From the NCBI GenBank assembly GCA_963702845.1, contig OY969763.1:3136001-3200000 (forward strand): DNA of 64,000 nt, given 5' to 3'. This DNA comes from an uncultured Verrucomicrobiae bacterium. Lineage in GTDB: Bacteria; Verrucomicrobiota; Verrucomicrobiia; Limisphaerales; Palsa-1400. Both the position numbers and the translations under genes were made by a program. Every line of letters begins with the position of its first letter. Position 1 is the first letter of the stretch. This document shows positions 19,423 through 28,724 of the stretch, in pieces. The notes under the pieces are model-generated. The model was not told the DNA's origin. It worked only from the letters and a program-made list of their open reading frames with translations, and ran no database searches.

Positions 19423-19463
19423 AAAAGGCGCAGGCTTTATAGCTCTGCGCCTTTTGTCTTTTT
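19423..19463 (+). terminator. Rho-independent terminator
   Basis: AAAAGGCGCAG...CTGCGCCTTTT followed by a T-tract. Confidence 0.75.
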
Positions 19464-19880
19464 CACGTCCTTCGTGCAAGGCAGAACTTCGCAAAAATGT
19501 CTGACTCACGCACATCCAATTACCCCAATTAAAAAGGCGCTGCTAATTCTGTTGTAGCAGAATCTGCCCGTATTGGTCAGTGCCTTGAAAGTAGCTGACG
19601 CCGAAATGGTAGCCTTGGGAAGCCGCGCTCTTGATCGCGGTGGTATTGTTCGCGTTGGCCGGATTCTTGAAAGGGAACGTAGAAGAGCCTTTGAGAATTG
19701 TCGAGGTAGGAAACTGTTCGACAGTGCCCTGGTTAGGGTTGACCGGTTGATGGCCAACGGGTGAATGAATAAGCCGGTGGTTGGCCGGTTACACGAACCC
19801 TACACTCTTTCCATATAGCTATGCTGAAGCGTTCAACTTTCTTGCGGCGACTAAACCTAACCGTTATAAAGCTAAAACAC

Positions 19881-21032
19881 ATGATCCCACGGGCGCTTTT
19901 CATTGCGACAATTCTTCTCCATACTGGCGCTGTATTTGCCGCGAGCTTTGACCACAAGTGTGGTTTATGTGGCAAAGCTATCTCAGGCGACGGCCCGCGA
20001 TACACTGTTTTCTCTAAATCGGAGATTGTAATTGGATACGTTAAAAGTGGCGCCATTTCTCCTTCACAAGCGCATACCAAATTCCTGAACGATATCGATT
20101 CTGGCGTCTATGTGCATCTCTGTGATACCTGCAACAACCTTTACAAGTTCTGTTCGGTTTGTGGCTTGCCAGTACCCGACGATACCATGCGCACTGGCGA
20201 CGGTCGCTTAATATGCGCGCGCGAAGCATCCGATGTTTTGATGGACGCAGTCACCGCCGACAAAATTTTTCAATCCGCGCAAAGAGAAGCGGTCAATCTG
20301 ATTAATAATTCCTTCGGCCTCAACCAGTCCGACGTCACGGTGCGGGTTGCTGATAATCTTAGCACCACTCGATTTATTTTTTCCGGCGACACGCACGTCC
20401 TCGCAATCAGCGAAACCCAAACGTCACGCAAAGGTGTCACTCACCGCGTTTTCGTGCGCACTGGCCAGACGAAGCAGCAAGCCTTCTACTCCTGCATTCA
20501 CGAATACACCCACCTTTGGATCAATGAGAACGTTGGTAACCACGACATCGAACCAAACACTATCGAAGGCATTTGCGAACTGATCGCTTACAAAGTTGCT
20601 GAACGGCGCAGCGATTCTGTCGCGCAAAAAATTATGCTCCACAACACCTACACGCATGGCCGCCTGCAGGACCTGATTCAATACAACACACGTGAAATGC
20701 TCTCCAAAGTTTTGGATTGGGTAAGGGATGGCACAACATATAAGCTGCCTAAACCGGACGTTCCGCTGGACATTCAGATCGCCCTCGCTCAAGCCGCTAC
20801 TCGTCCTCAGAAGCAAGTTGAAACGTTGAGCGTCAATGGGACGATCCACACCGCAAAAGGCACCCTCGTCCTTCTCACCAGCGGTTTGATTTTGGGCAAA
20901 GGAGAATCAGGCATGATTAAGATCAACGGCCAGAGCTCGAAAATTCGCTGCCTCGACATCAAATCCGACACCGCAGTGCTGCAATTCGAAAACTCCACGA
21001 ACCTGATCAATCTCACGCTGCAACGCCATTAA
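19881..21032 (+). CDS. Secreted DA1-like zinc metallopeptidase with LIM-like Cys-rich domain
   Basis: Signal peptide; CGLC, CDTC, CSVC, DGRLIC; HEYTHLW...EGICEL resembling plant DA1 HEMMH...EEGICQ. Confidence 0.72.
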   Translation: MIPRALFIATILLHTGAVFAASFDHKCGLCGKAISGDGPRYTVFSKSEIVIGYVKSGAISPSQAHTKFLNDIDSGVYVHLCDTCNNLYKFCSVCGLPVPDDTMRTGDGRLICAREASDVLMDAVTADKIFQSAQREAVNLINNSFGLNQSDVTVRVADNLSTTRFIFSGDTHVLAISETQTSRKGVTHRVFVRTGQTKQQAFYSCIHEYTHLWINENVGNHDIEPNTIEGICELIAYKVAERRSDSVAQKIMLHNTYTHGRLQDLIQYNTREMLSKVLDWVRDGTTYKLPKPDVPLDIQIALAQAATRPQKQVETLSVNGTIHTAKGTLVLLTSGLILGKGESGMIKINGQSSKIRCLDIKSDTAVLQFENSTNLINLTLQRH

Positions 21033-21092
21033 TGGCGTTTTCTTAACTGTTTCGTATTGCCAGATTCCCCCTGTCAATTAACCTGCGCCGCG

Positions 21093-22466
21093 ATGAGTTC
21101 GGCAGCCATCGAGCACACCTATCGCTATCCGTTCGCGTCGGAGTTTATCGAAAAAGGCAAACGCGAACGTCTCCAACTCGCCACCTCTGGCGGCGCCGCG
21201 CAATATCCCTATTTTTTCCAGGGCCAACTCAAACATCCGCGCCTCACTGCGCAACTTCTTCGCACCCTTTCCAAAGTCGTCACCACCCGTTTCCATGTTC
21301 CGGCCGCAATGCTCCGCAAAATTATCCTGCTGAGCGATCCGGTCGTCACCAGCGGCGGCGGTATGATTCGTTTCGAGGGATTTTCGTCCTGCTGCTGTGC
21401 CTATGCCCGCGTTGATCTTAATCCCGACGCTTACGATGGCGTCGTCGTGGGGCAAGGGACGACCAACGTCGACTTCAACACCGGTATGCGCGCCGCTCTT
21501 GCGCAAATTCGAGACAACGAACGCGTCAGCCTCGCCGTCGGCACGGATGAAGTCGCACTTCTTCGCGGCGCGGAACAAGTGATCGAACGCAAAGTACCGC
21601 TGCCCATGCGTTGGCTTAAAGGGTTCGTAGAGATCCAATCCTACCAATCGCGCATGGAGTCGCGCGTCCGCCTTAATAAAATCGAAACGCTCCGTTTTCT
21701 TCGCTCCATCCCGCGTTCGACAATCGCCAAAACCGTCTACTGGATCGTGCCCACCGCCACCGCTCTGCGCCTCAGCCAGCGCGAAGCCCCGAATAGCCTG
21801 CGTGTCGCCGGAATCGAACGCCTCCGCCTCCTCGACGATCTCGCCCCACTCGCCGACGGTCTCACCGTTTTCGCCGATGCCCGCGGCGAAGCCACCGAAT
21901 GGCAGCTTCATTTCGGTCCGCTCACATTTCACCTCGCTCTCAGCGCCGAAGTCTGGCGCGGCTTTTCCGGCGAAGGTCAGGCCCTCAACGACCTCGCCTC
22001 AAAAGATCGCGACCGCCTTCTCAATCTCGTCAAGGGCCTGTTGAAGTGGCAGGCCGAAATTCGTCCCACCGAATTCGCCTTGAATTGGAAGACCAGCCCC
22101 GACGAACTTCGCCAGGCATTCGCGCTCCTTGGATCCCGTGGACTCGTCGGCTACGATCTTGGCCGCAACGCCTACTTTCATCGCGAACTTCCCTTCGACC
22201 TCAGCCTGATCGAAGCAATGCATCCGCGCCTAAAAAATGCGCGCAAACTTATTGACGCTGGCGGCATTCGCATCCTGAAGCAAACCGCGAAACTCATCGA
22301 AGCCGAGGTTCCAGGCAGCGATGTCACCCATCGCGTTCGTCTATCCGACGCCGGCGATCGTTGCACCTGTCCATGGCACGCAAAACACCAGGGCGCGCGC
22401 GGCCCCTGCAAACACATGCTTGCCGTTAAGATTTTCACTGGGCTGAATTCTGCCGATGGAAAGTGA
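21093..22466 (+). CDS. SWIM zinc-finger domain protein
   Basis: C-terminal CTCPWHAKHQGARGPCKHMLA; DPVVT...RFEGFSSCC, GTTNVDFN and RWLKGF motifs. Confidence 0.88.
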   Translation: MSSAAIEHTYRYPFASEFIEKGKRERLQLATSGGAAQYPYFFQGQLKHPRLTAQLLRTLSKVVTTRFHVPAAMLRKIILLSDPVVTSGGGMIRFEGFSSCCCAYARVDLNPDAYDGVVVGQGTTNVDFNTGMRAALAQIRDNERVSLAVGTDEVALLRGAEQVIERKVPLPMRWLKGFVEIQSYQSRMESRVRLNKIETLRFLRSIPRSTIAKTVYWIVPTATALRLSQREAPNSLRVAGIERLRLLDDLAPLADGLTVFADARGEATEWQLHFGPLTFHLALSAEVWRGFSGEGQALNDLASKDRDRLLNLVKGLLKWQAEIRPTEFALNWKTSPDELRQAFALLGSRGLVGYDLGRNAYFHRELPFDLSLIEAMHPRLKNARKLIDAGGIRILKQTAKLIEAEVPGSDVTHRVRLSDAGDRCTCPWHAKHQGARGPCKHMLAVKIFTGLNSADGK

Positions 22467-22472
22467 GATCGC

Positions 22473-25264
22473 ATGCCTCTGGATATCGAAAAGCTCAAAA
22501 CAATTCTTCGCAAAGACGACGTCGATGCCGTCGTGAAATTCTTTGCCGGTGCGAGTGAATCAGATCGCCGCGCCGTCGCCCCGCGCGCTGTTGAATGGTG
22601 CCGTTTCCTCGAAGCGCATTGGCACGCGCGGTTCAACAAAAAAGTCGCGGCCGAAGTCGAGGCAAAGGGGTCGATCGCCGATTGGCACGAACTCGCGCCA
22701 ACCGCTTTTGCGGCAGCGCTGGCCTGTGGTGACATCAATGCGATCAAGGCGGTCGCGGACGGCTATGGACTTATGTACTTGGAAGCAGAGCCGCTGCAAT
22801 CAATCCTTTCCGATCGTCGTCCGCCATGGGTCGGCAAGTTCGTGGAACAATTGTGCGAACACGACCTCCGTCGATGGGGCGGGAATTGGAGACGAATTCG
22901 CTCCCTCGTTCGCCCCGGCCTTTGTCGGCCGCCTCTGCACGACAACTACATCCTGGCAGCGTTGAACGGCATTTGGCCGCGCTGGGAACAAGGAAAGCCG
23001 CGTCCAAAACTTACTGATCTTCTTCTCCAAGAACGCGACTGGCTGGAAAACGATTTCTGGCGCCTCTTCGAAATCGACGGCAACGGAGAAGTCAGCCTTG
23101 CCAACCACGACAAATACTGCAAAGAAGAGATGGGTTGGGCGCAAGCCCTCGTGGAACTTTCGCGCCGTGGCATTCTGTCTCGCGACCGCCTTCTTGACGC
23201 GAGCCTCTCAGCGCTTTCGCGCGACTTCATTCAATTTCGTTCCAGTTGGTTTTCGCGTTTCCACGAACTCCTCGAGCCCACCGCCACCGAACGTGCCGCG
23301 CGCCTCGATGCCTACCTTCGCCTCATCGGCAGCAGCATTCCGCCGACTGTCGCTTTCGCTGACAGCGCCCTCGTCATCATCGACAAAAACAATCCGATTC
23401 CGGCCAAAAAGTTGATCGATCATTTGCAACCTGCTCTGCATGCTCGCGGAAAAGCCGTCGTCAAGGACGCCCTCAAACTCCTCGACGCCGCCGCCAAACG
23501 CGAGCCTGCCGCGCGCAATAAAATTTCCCTCGCCGCGCTTCCTGCGCTCCTCAACGAAGCCACCGATGTTCAAAAAGCTGCGCTCGACCTTCTCGTTGCC
23601 CACGCCGACAAGAACGACCCAACACTTCGTTCGAAAATCGAAGAACATAGCGCTGCCATAGCTGCCAGCCTCAGGCCGAGGCTCGCTCAATGGCTCGGCA
23701 AGGCCGTTGCAAAATCCGCCACATCCATTCCTGAAACGGCGAAGATACACAAACAACTCAGCAGAATCGATCCGTCGCGCGCCATCGAGCCCGTCACCAA
23801 TCTCGACGACCTCATTCATCTTGCTTCCGCCGTTCTCGAAGACCCCGCCAATCCAATCGACATCGAACGCCTCCTCGATGCTGTTAGCCGCCTCTGCGAT
23901 CAACGTCCGAATGATTTCCTTGCTCGCACCGGGCCGTTGCGCAAACGCGCTCTGCAAAAGCGCGGCGACGAGGGACCTTCGTCATGGCTTGGCGATAAGC
24001 CGCTCGAGCGAATGCTCGCCATGTTCATTCAAACCTGGATTGACGGCGCCGATCGCTTCAATGAAATCGCTGAAGCATTAGGCCGCATCGGCAACGAACA
24101 AGGATTCATCTTTCGCTGCTTCACAATTATCGGCCGTCGCGTCGCCAGCGGTCGCACCATGCCTTTGCTTTCCGCGCCAACTCATCTTGGCGGTTGGATC
24201 GAACCGCGCGTTCTTGTCGAACGCTGGCTCGTCTGGCAAAAAGCCGGACTCGATCCTGACCCGCACGAGCAAATTCTCGCTCTCCTCCGCATCGCCCCCG
24301 AAGCTCGCGACAAGGCGTTGTCTGCCGCAAAAAAACTATCTGGTGAATCCGGCGACGCCGTACGCTTTGCCTTAGGCCAAAAACAAAACACCGGCAAAAA
24401 TGCCGGGCTCTGGCTCGCCGCCTGGCGCAGCCGCCAACCCTATGGCGACCTTCCGGAATTCGAGGCGAAGCATCCGCGCCTTGGTCCCGACGCTGGTGTC
24501 GCTGCGCAATACACCTGGACCGCCGGTTCCGAACACAAAAGCGCGGGCAACTACAAATGGATCACCCTCGAATTCGAACTCCGAATGACCATTCCACTTC
24601 CCCCAAAAGTGGACGAAGCTCTCCTCCCGATTTTATTCCACCAACCTGGCGACTTTAGCGACAACGGTGCCAGGAATCTCATCCGCTACGCCGCTCATCT
24701 CGGCTGGCGAATCGCGAATCCTTCTTCGCTCGCGCCTGCAAACAACTCAAAATCGCCGCCCAGTGGGCTGATGTTGATGACCGCGACTACGCCGCCTACG
24801 TTGAACCGCTCGGCGATTCTCACACCGAACTCCACCCCATCGCCTGCCTCACATTCGCTCTCAGCCTCGCCGCCGAAGACAGCGCCCTTCGCAGCCTCGC
24901 CCAGGACTCGCTCATTGCCGCAATCTCAGAATCGCGCCTGAATCCCGCCGACCTCGGCCAAACTATGTCGCGCCTGCTCGAAAGCGGCTTCAACAAATTC
25001 GCCCGCTGGTCCAAATCCCTTCGCGAGGCCTCCCGCATGTCTCCCCAACACGCCCGCGAATGCGCCCAACTTCTCATCCACACTTTGAAGGGCGACCCAA
25101 CCAAGGCCCCGCGGGACACCAGCGCCCTTCTCGAACTTCTCAACGAACTCCTCAACGAAACCAATTCCAAACTCGCCGATCCCGTTACGCGCCAATTCAT
25201 CTCTCAACTTCCCGCCGGTGGCAAAACCGCCAAGCTCGCCAAACAACTCCTGACTTCGCCGTGA
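22473..25264 (+). CDS. DUF6493-like large helical protein (SWIM partner), frameshifted near 24700
   Basis: WRLFEIDG, RDRLLDASL, LLSAPTHLGGWIEP; the reading continues in another frame (...RESFFARACKQL...KTAKLAKQLLTSP) to the stop at 25264. Confidence 0.72.
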
Positions 25265-25537
25265 CTTGGGTCTCATCAATGGGACAGTTTCTGATGTCGC
25301 CAGGAAATTCGTTTCCGCGATAGGGACGCCGTTTCAATTGTTCTGGAAAATTGAGCGGTGATTAATACCGGGAAGAGGTTAGTCAATTTCAATGGTCGTT
25401 CCCAGCGTAGCGCGGACTACGATCATCGCGTTCAATTGACAGACGAAGAACTTTTCCAGAAACTGCGTTATATCCGACCCGAACTGGGGCTTGAAATCCG
25501 TTGACGCGTCGCCGAGCGAGGTCTAAATCACTGGGCT

Positions 25538-28066
25538 GTGGGTTTGAATGAAAACCAGTTCTTCTCGGGCGCGACAGCGTACAAAAAGAAAGTTCCTATC
25601 AGTAGTTTGTCGCAATGGCTGATGTTGATGACCATGGTTCTGATGGCCGGGGCGGTTATGGGCGGCGGCAAAGTCAGCGATCCGATCAGCGTGGTCTTGC
25701 GGGAACCGCTTCCGCCGGAGCAGTTGAGTCTTTCCTCCAATTCCGCCGAATGGATCATTACCGGGCCGACGTTCACTTATCGCGTCCGGAAAAGTAACGG
25801 CGCAATCAGCGCGCTGCGCGTGTTGAACAACGGGCAGGAAGTCATAGGAACTACCAATCCCGTGGATGTTCAAATCGACGGCAATTATCGCCTGGCTTCC
25901 GACCTGACGACCGGCGAAATGGCGGTTGTCACCCAAGGCAAAGATAAGATTGTGATCCGTGGCCAAGGGGTTTTGCGTGACCAGGCCAAGGCCGGGCCGG
26001 AGGTGGATTATACGCTACTGCATACGTTCTTCGATGATGGCGTTGTGGTTTCAACCGTCAAATTAAAGCCGCGCCAGGATCTCGCGGTGCGGGAGGATGT
26101 CGCTTTTCAGGTTGAGACAAAAGGGGAGTTCAGCCATTACCTGCACAAACGACGCGACGAAAACGGAGGAGAAGCCGTTCGCGGAAGTCTCCCCGAAACC
26201 GGCCGAGCTGTCCACTTTTCGACGCTGACTTCCTGTCTGCAGGTTTTCAGCACGAGCGCCACGCTGGCGATATTCACCGATTGCGGCGCAACGCATGTGA
26301 GCAGACGCGACCTTGATACAGCCACGGTGGACGTGTTGAGCCGGGAACAGAAACACGTCGGACTTCGCTTGAGCCAGTATTTGATTCACGTTGCGCACGG
26401 GGACAAACCGTATCTGCTCAAGGCAGGTGAAGAGTTCAGTTTCCGTGTGGGGATCAGTGTTTCCCCAAACCGCATCGCGCATCGCCGGCAGCATGATCTG
26501 CGGATGTTCGCCTGGATCGGCGATGCGCAATATCCTTACGCCACCGACCAGGAAATCGAGTCCGTGGCCCGGGCCGGTTATACCTTGTTTCAAATGCATC
26601 GTTTGGGCACGCCGGGCGAACCCCGTCCGCCGTCCGGCGAACTCGAACGAGTGATCAAGAAAGTGCATGAGATGGGGATGCTCTTCCTTTGGACGGAGAA
26701 CGCCGACTTGATGTATGACAACGCGCCCGGCGTGCGGGAATTAAAAGCCAAGGGCCAGTGGCCGCTCTGGCAGGGCTTCAACATTGACGGCAATTACAAA
26801 GCGACGATGGACCCGTTTTGCAACCTGGCCTGCACTTGCATGGCTTCGCCCAACGGCCTGGCCGAATACCGATTGGCCACAATCAACCGGATGATGAAAC
26901 GATTCGATGTCGATGGCATTTATCTCGATGACAACATGGCTTACCCGACCTGCCGTCTCTGGCAGGAACACGGTCATCCCCAAAAAGTATATGACTGCCT
27001 GATTGAACTCCACGAGATGAACTGGCGGCGGCGGGAGTTATTGCGCCAGAAAAATCCTCACCAGGTATTGGTCAGCCATAACACGCGCGGGATTATCCAG
27101 CCGGTCATCTGTGATTTCGACGCGATTCTGTATGGCGAAGGCTATTCCTTCGGTTCGCTGGAGGACTACCGGGATTATTACCGGCCGGTTGACGGCATCC
27201 CGGCGCAAGGCATGATCTGGCCCGGCGGCCAGGACGCGGCCCGTTGCGCGGCCTCGGTGGCCTACAACTACGACCTGCTGACCGGCGGCGGGCAGTATTG
27301 CCACATAGACTGGCGGATGTTTCCGAAAAAATTTCCTTACGGCGCCGGCGTAACCGATACCGAGCAGACCTACGTTCGAACTTATAACCTGGCCCAATAC
27401 TATTTCGGACTATACGAGTCGAAACCGTTTTATTTCGCGGAAGCTTCCGAACTCTTCAGCACTAGCGCCCCTCAGACCTACGCGACCCTCTACCACAATC
27501 AAGTATGGAACGACTGGCTCATTCCCGTGGCCAATATGAGCACGGAATCTCGCAAAACTTCGCTGGAGATCCGCGCGCCGCAGACCCTGGGCATCGACCC
27601 GCAAGCCCATTATATTTTATTCAACATTCATCAACGAACGGTGAAGCGCCTGAACGGAGATCGCATCAATGAAGCCTTGAGCGAGATTGCGATTCCCGCT
27701 CAAAGTCTCCAGCTCTTGGGTTTGCGATCACTGCCGGCAGAAGGGCCATGCCATTTGTGGGGCGGCAAACGGCTTTCCGAAACATGGGACAGCCGGAAAC
27801 GCAAACTGACCCTGACCATTCAGGGACCGGCCGGTTTGCAGGATACGATTTTTATCGCGTGCGAAAACCAAGCCATCGATCAGATCAAAGTGAATGGAAA
27901 ATCCGCGTCGTTCTTCTTCGATCCGGCGCAACGGATGGCCCACGGGCCGGTGACCTTCACCTCCCGGCCCCTCAAAATGGAAGTCACCTGTTCATCGGAT
28001 GACGATAACAAGCTTCCCGCCCACCCGGCCGCGCCCGATCCATTGGGATACCTATTTGACCATTGA
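25538..28066 (+). CDS. Secreted glycoside hydrolase-like (beta/alpha)8 protein (DUF6067-like)
   Basis: 842 aa; GYTLFQMH...VHEMGM...FDVDGIYLDD TIM-barrel signature; family not assignable by eye. Confidence 0.65.
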   Translation: MGLNENQFFSGATAYKKKVPISSLSQWLMLMTMVLMAGAVMGGGKVSDPISVVLREPLPPEQLSLSSNSAEWIITGPTFTYRVRKSNGAISALRVLNNGQEVIGTTNPVDVQIDGNYRLASDLTTGEMAVVTQGKDKIVIRGQGVLRDQAKAGPEVDYTLLHTFFDDGVVVSTVKLKPRQDLAVREDVAFQVETKGEFSHYLHKRRDENGGEAVRGSLPETGRAVHFSTLTSCLQVFSTSATLAIFTDCGATHVSRRDLDTATVDVLSREQKHVGLRLSQYLIHVAHGDKPYLLKAGEEFSFRVGISVSPNRIAHRRQHDLRMFAWIGDAQYPYATDQEIESVARAGYTLFQMHRLGTPGEPRPPSGELERVIKKVHEMGMLFLWTENADLMYDNAPGVRELKAKGQWPLWQGFNIDGNYKATMDPFCNLACTCMASPNGLAEYRLATINRMMKRFDVDGIYLDDNMAYPTCRLWQEHGHPQKVYDCLIELHEMNWRRRELLRQKNPHQVLVSHNTRGIIQPVICDFDAILYGEGYSFGSLEDYRDYYRPVDGIPAQGMIWPGGQDAARCAASVAYNYDLLTGGGQYCHIDWRMFPKKFPYGAGVTDTEQTYVRTYNLAQYYFGLYESKPFYFAEASELFSTSAPQTYATLYHNQVWNDWLIPVANMSTESRKTSLEIRAPQTLGIDPQAHYILFNIHQRTVKRLNGDRINEALSEIAIPAQSLQLLGLRSLPAEGPCHLWGGKRLSETWDSRKRKLTLTIQGPAGLQDTIFIACENQAIDQIKVNGKSASFFFDPAQRMAHGPVTFTSRPLKMEVTCSSDDDNKLPAHPAAPDPLGYLFDH

Positions 28067-28202
28067 TAGCTTGCCCCCAGGGACACAGCGTTCAGGCAGA
28101 AATGTGTAATTATTTTGCCAATTGCTTCGACTCCCGATCGAAGGATGCCGGGGATTAGCCAACAGAATTTTCATCACGACCTCCTTAACATGCGGACGCT
28201 GA

Positions 28203-28314
28203 CAACTCTGAAGGAGTTGCACCCCTCAGACCAGGGTTGGTTAGGGCAAAAGGGACCTACCATGGGTCAAAAACCAAAAACGAAGCTTCACGAAAGCGCG
28301 ACGAAGGAGTTAAA
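28203..28314 (-). repeat. REP-like element (tnpA-flanking family), orphan copy
   Basis: CAACTCTGAAGGAGTTG hairpin plus CCAGGGTTG...CCTACCATGGG, same architecture as 52691-52797. Confidence 0.75.
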
Positions 28315-28385
28315 CACCTTTCCACCTCAACGTCCGTTAATAAATGACGTGCCGGAGTCCGACCAAAAGCTCACGAAACCGGGCC

Positions 28386-28443
28386 TCGCCAAAAACCAAA
28401 ATCCCTCCCGCCATTCCGGAAAGTAATTTTGGCATCGCTCTAA
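28386..28443 (-). repeat. ~60-bp TIR-like repeat (partner of 16370-16429)
   Basis: TCGCCAAAAACCAAAATCCCTCCCGCCATTCCGGAAAGTAATTTTGGCATCGCTCTAA. Confidence 0.8.
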
Positions 28444-28724
28444 GCGACAAAAAATATCGTTTGCGAATGCTCGCCGAGTTTAACCCAGCAGGCCCTTTCA
28501 AATTTTTTGTAATGACTAAATGGTTGTCGATACTAAGAATCGACCCCTTTTCGCCATTTGCCGAACACGTTCACACTTTCGCGCCCGTATCGTTACGGAT
28601 AAGAAGGAAAAGCTAGATAGCGCACACGCGCCTCGTTATTTTGTTTCTCATGATCTCTATTGGCGGACGCAGCATTTGCGGCACTCACCGGCAGCATAAA
28701 GAGAATCGAAACAGGCTCAATGTG

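Noticed and set aside
19506..19764. Small ORFs 19506-19757 (-) and 19573-19764 (+)
   Set aside because: No recognisable motif, RBS or coding bias.
19766..19793. Additional TGTAAC-type ECF promoter on the minus strand
   Set aside because: The -10 position reads TATTCA and the CTTT tract is absent.
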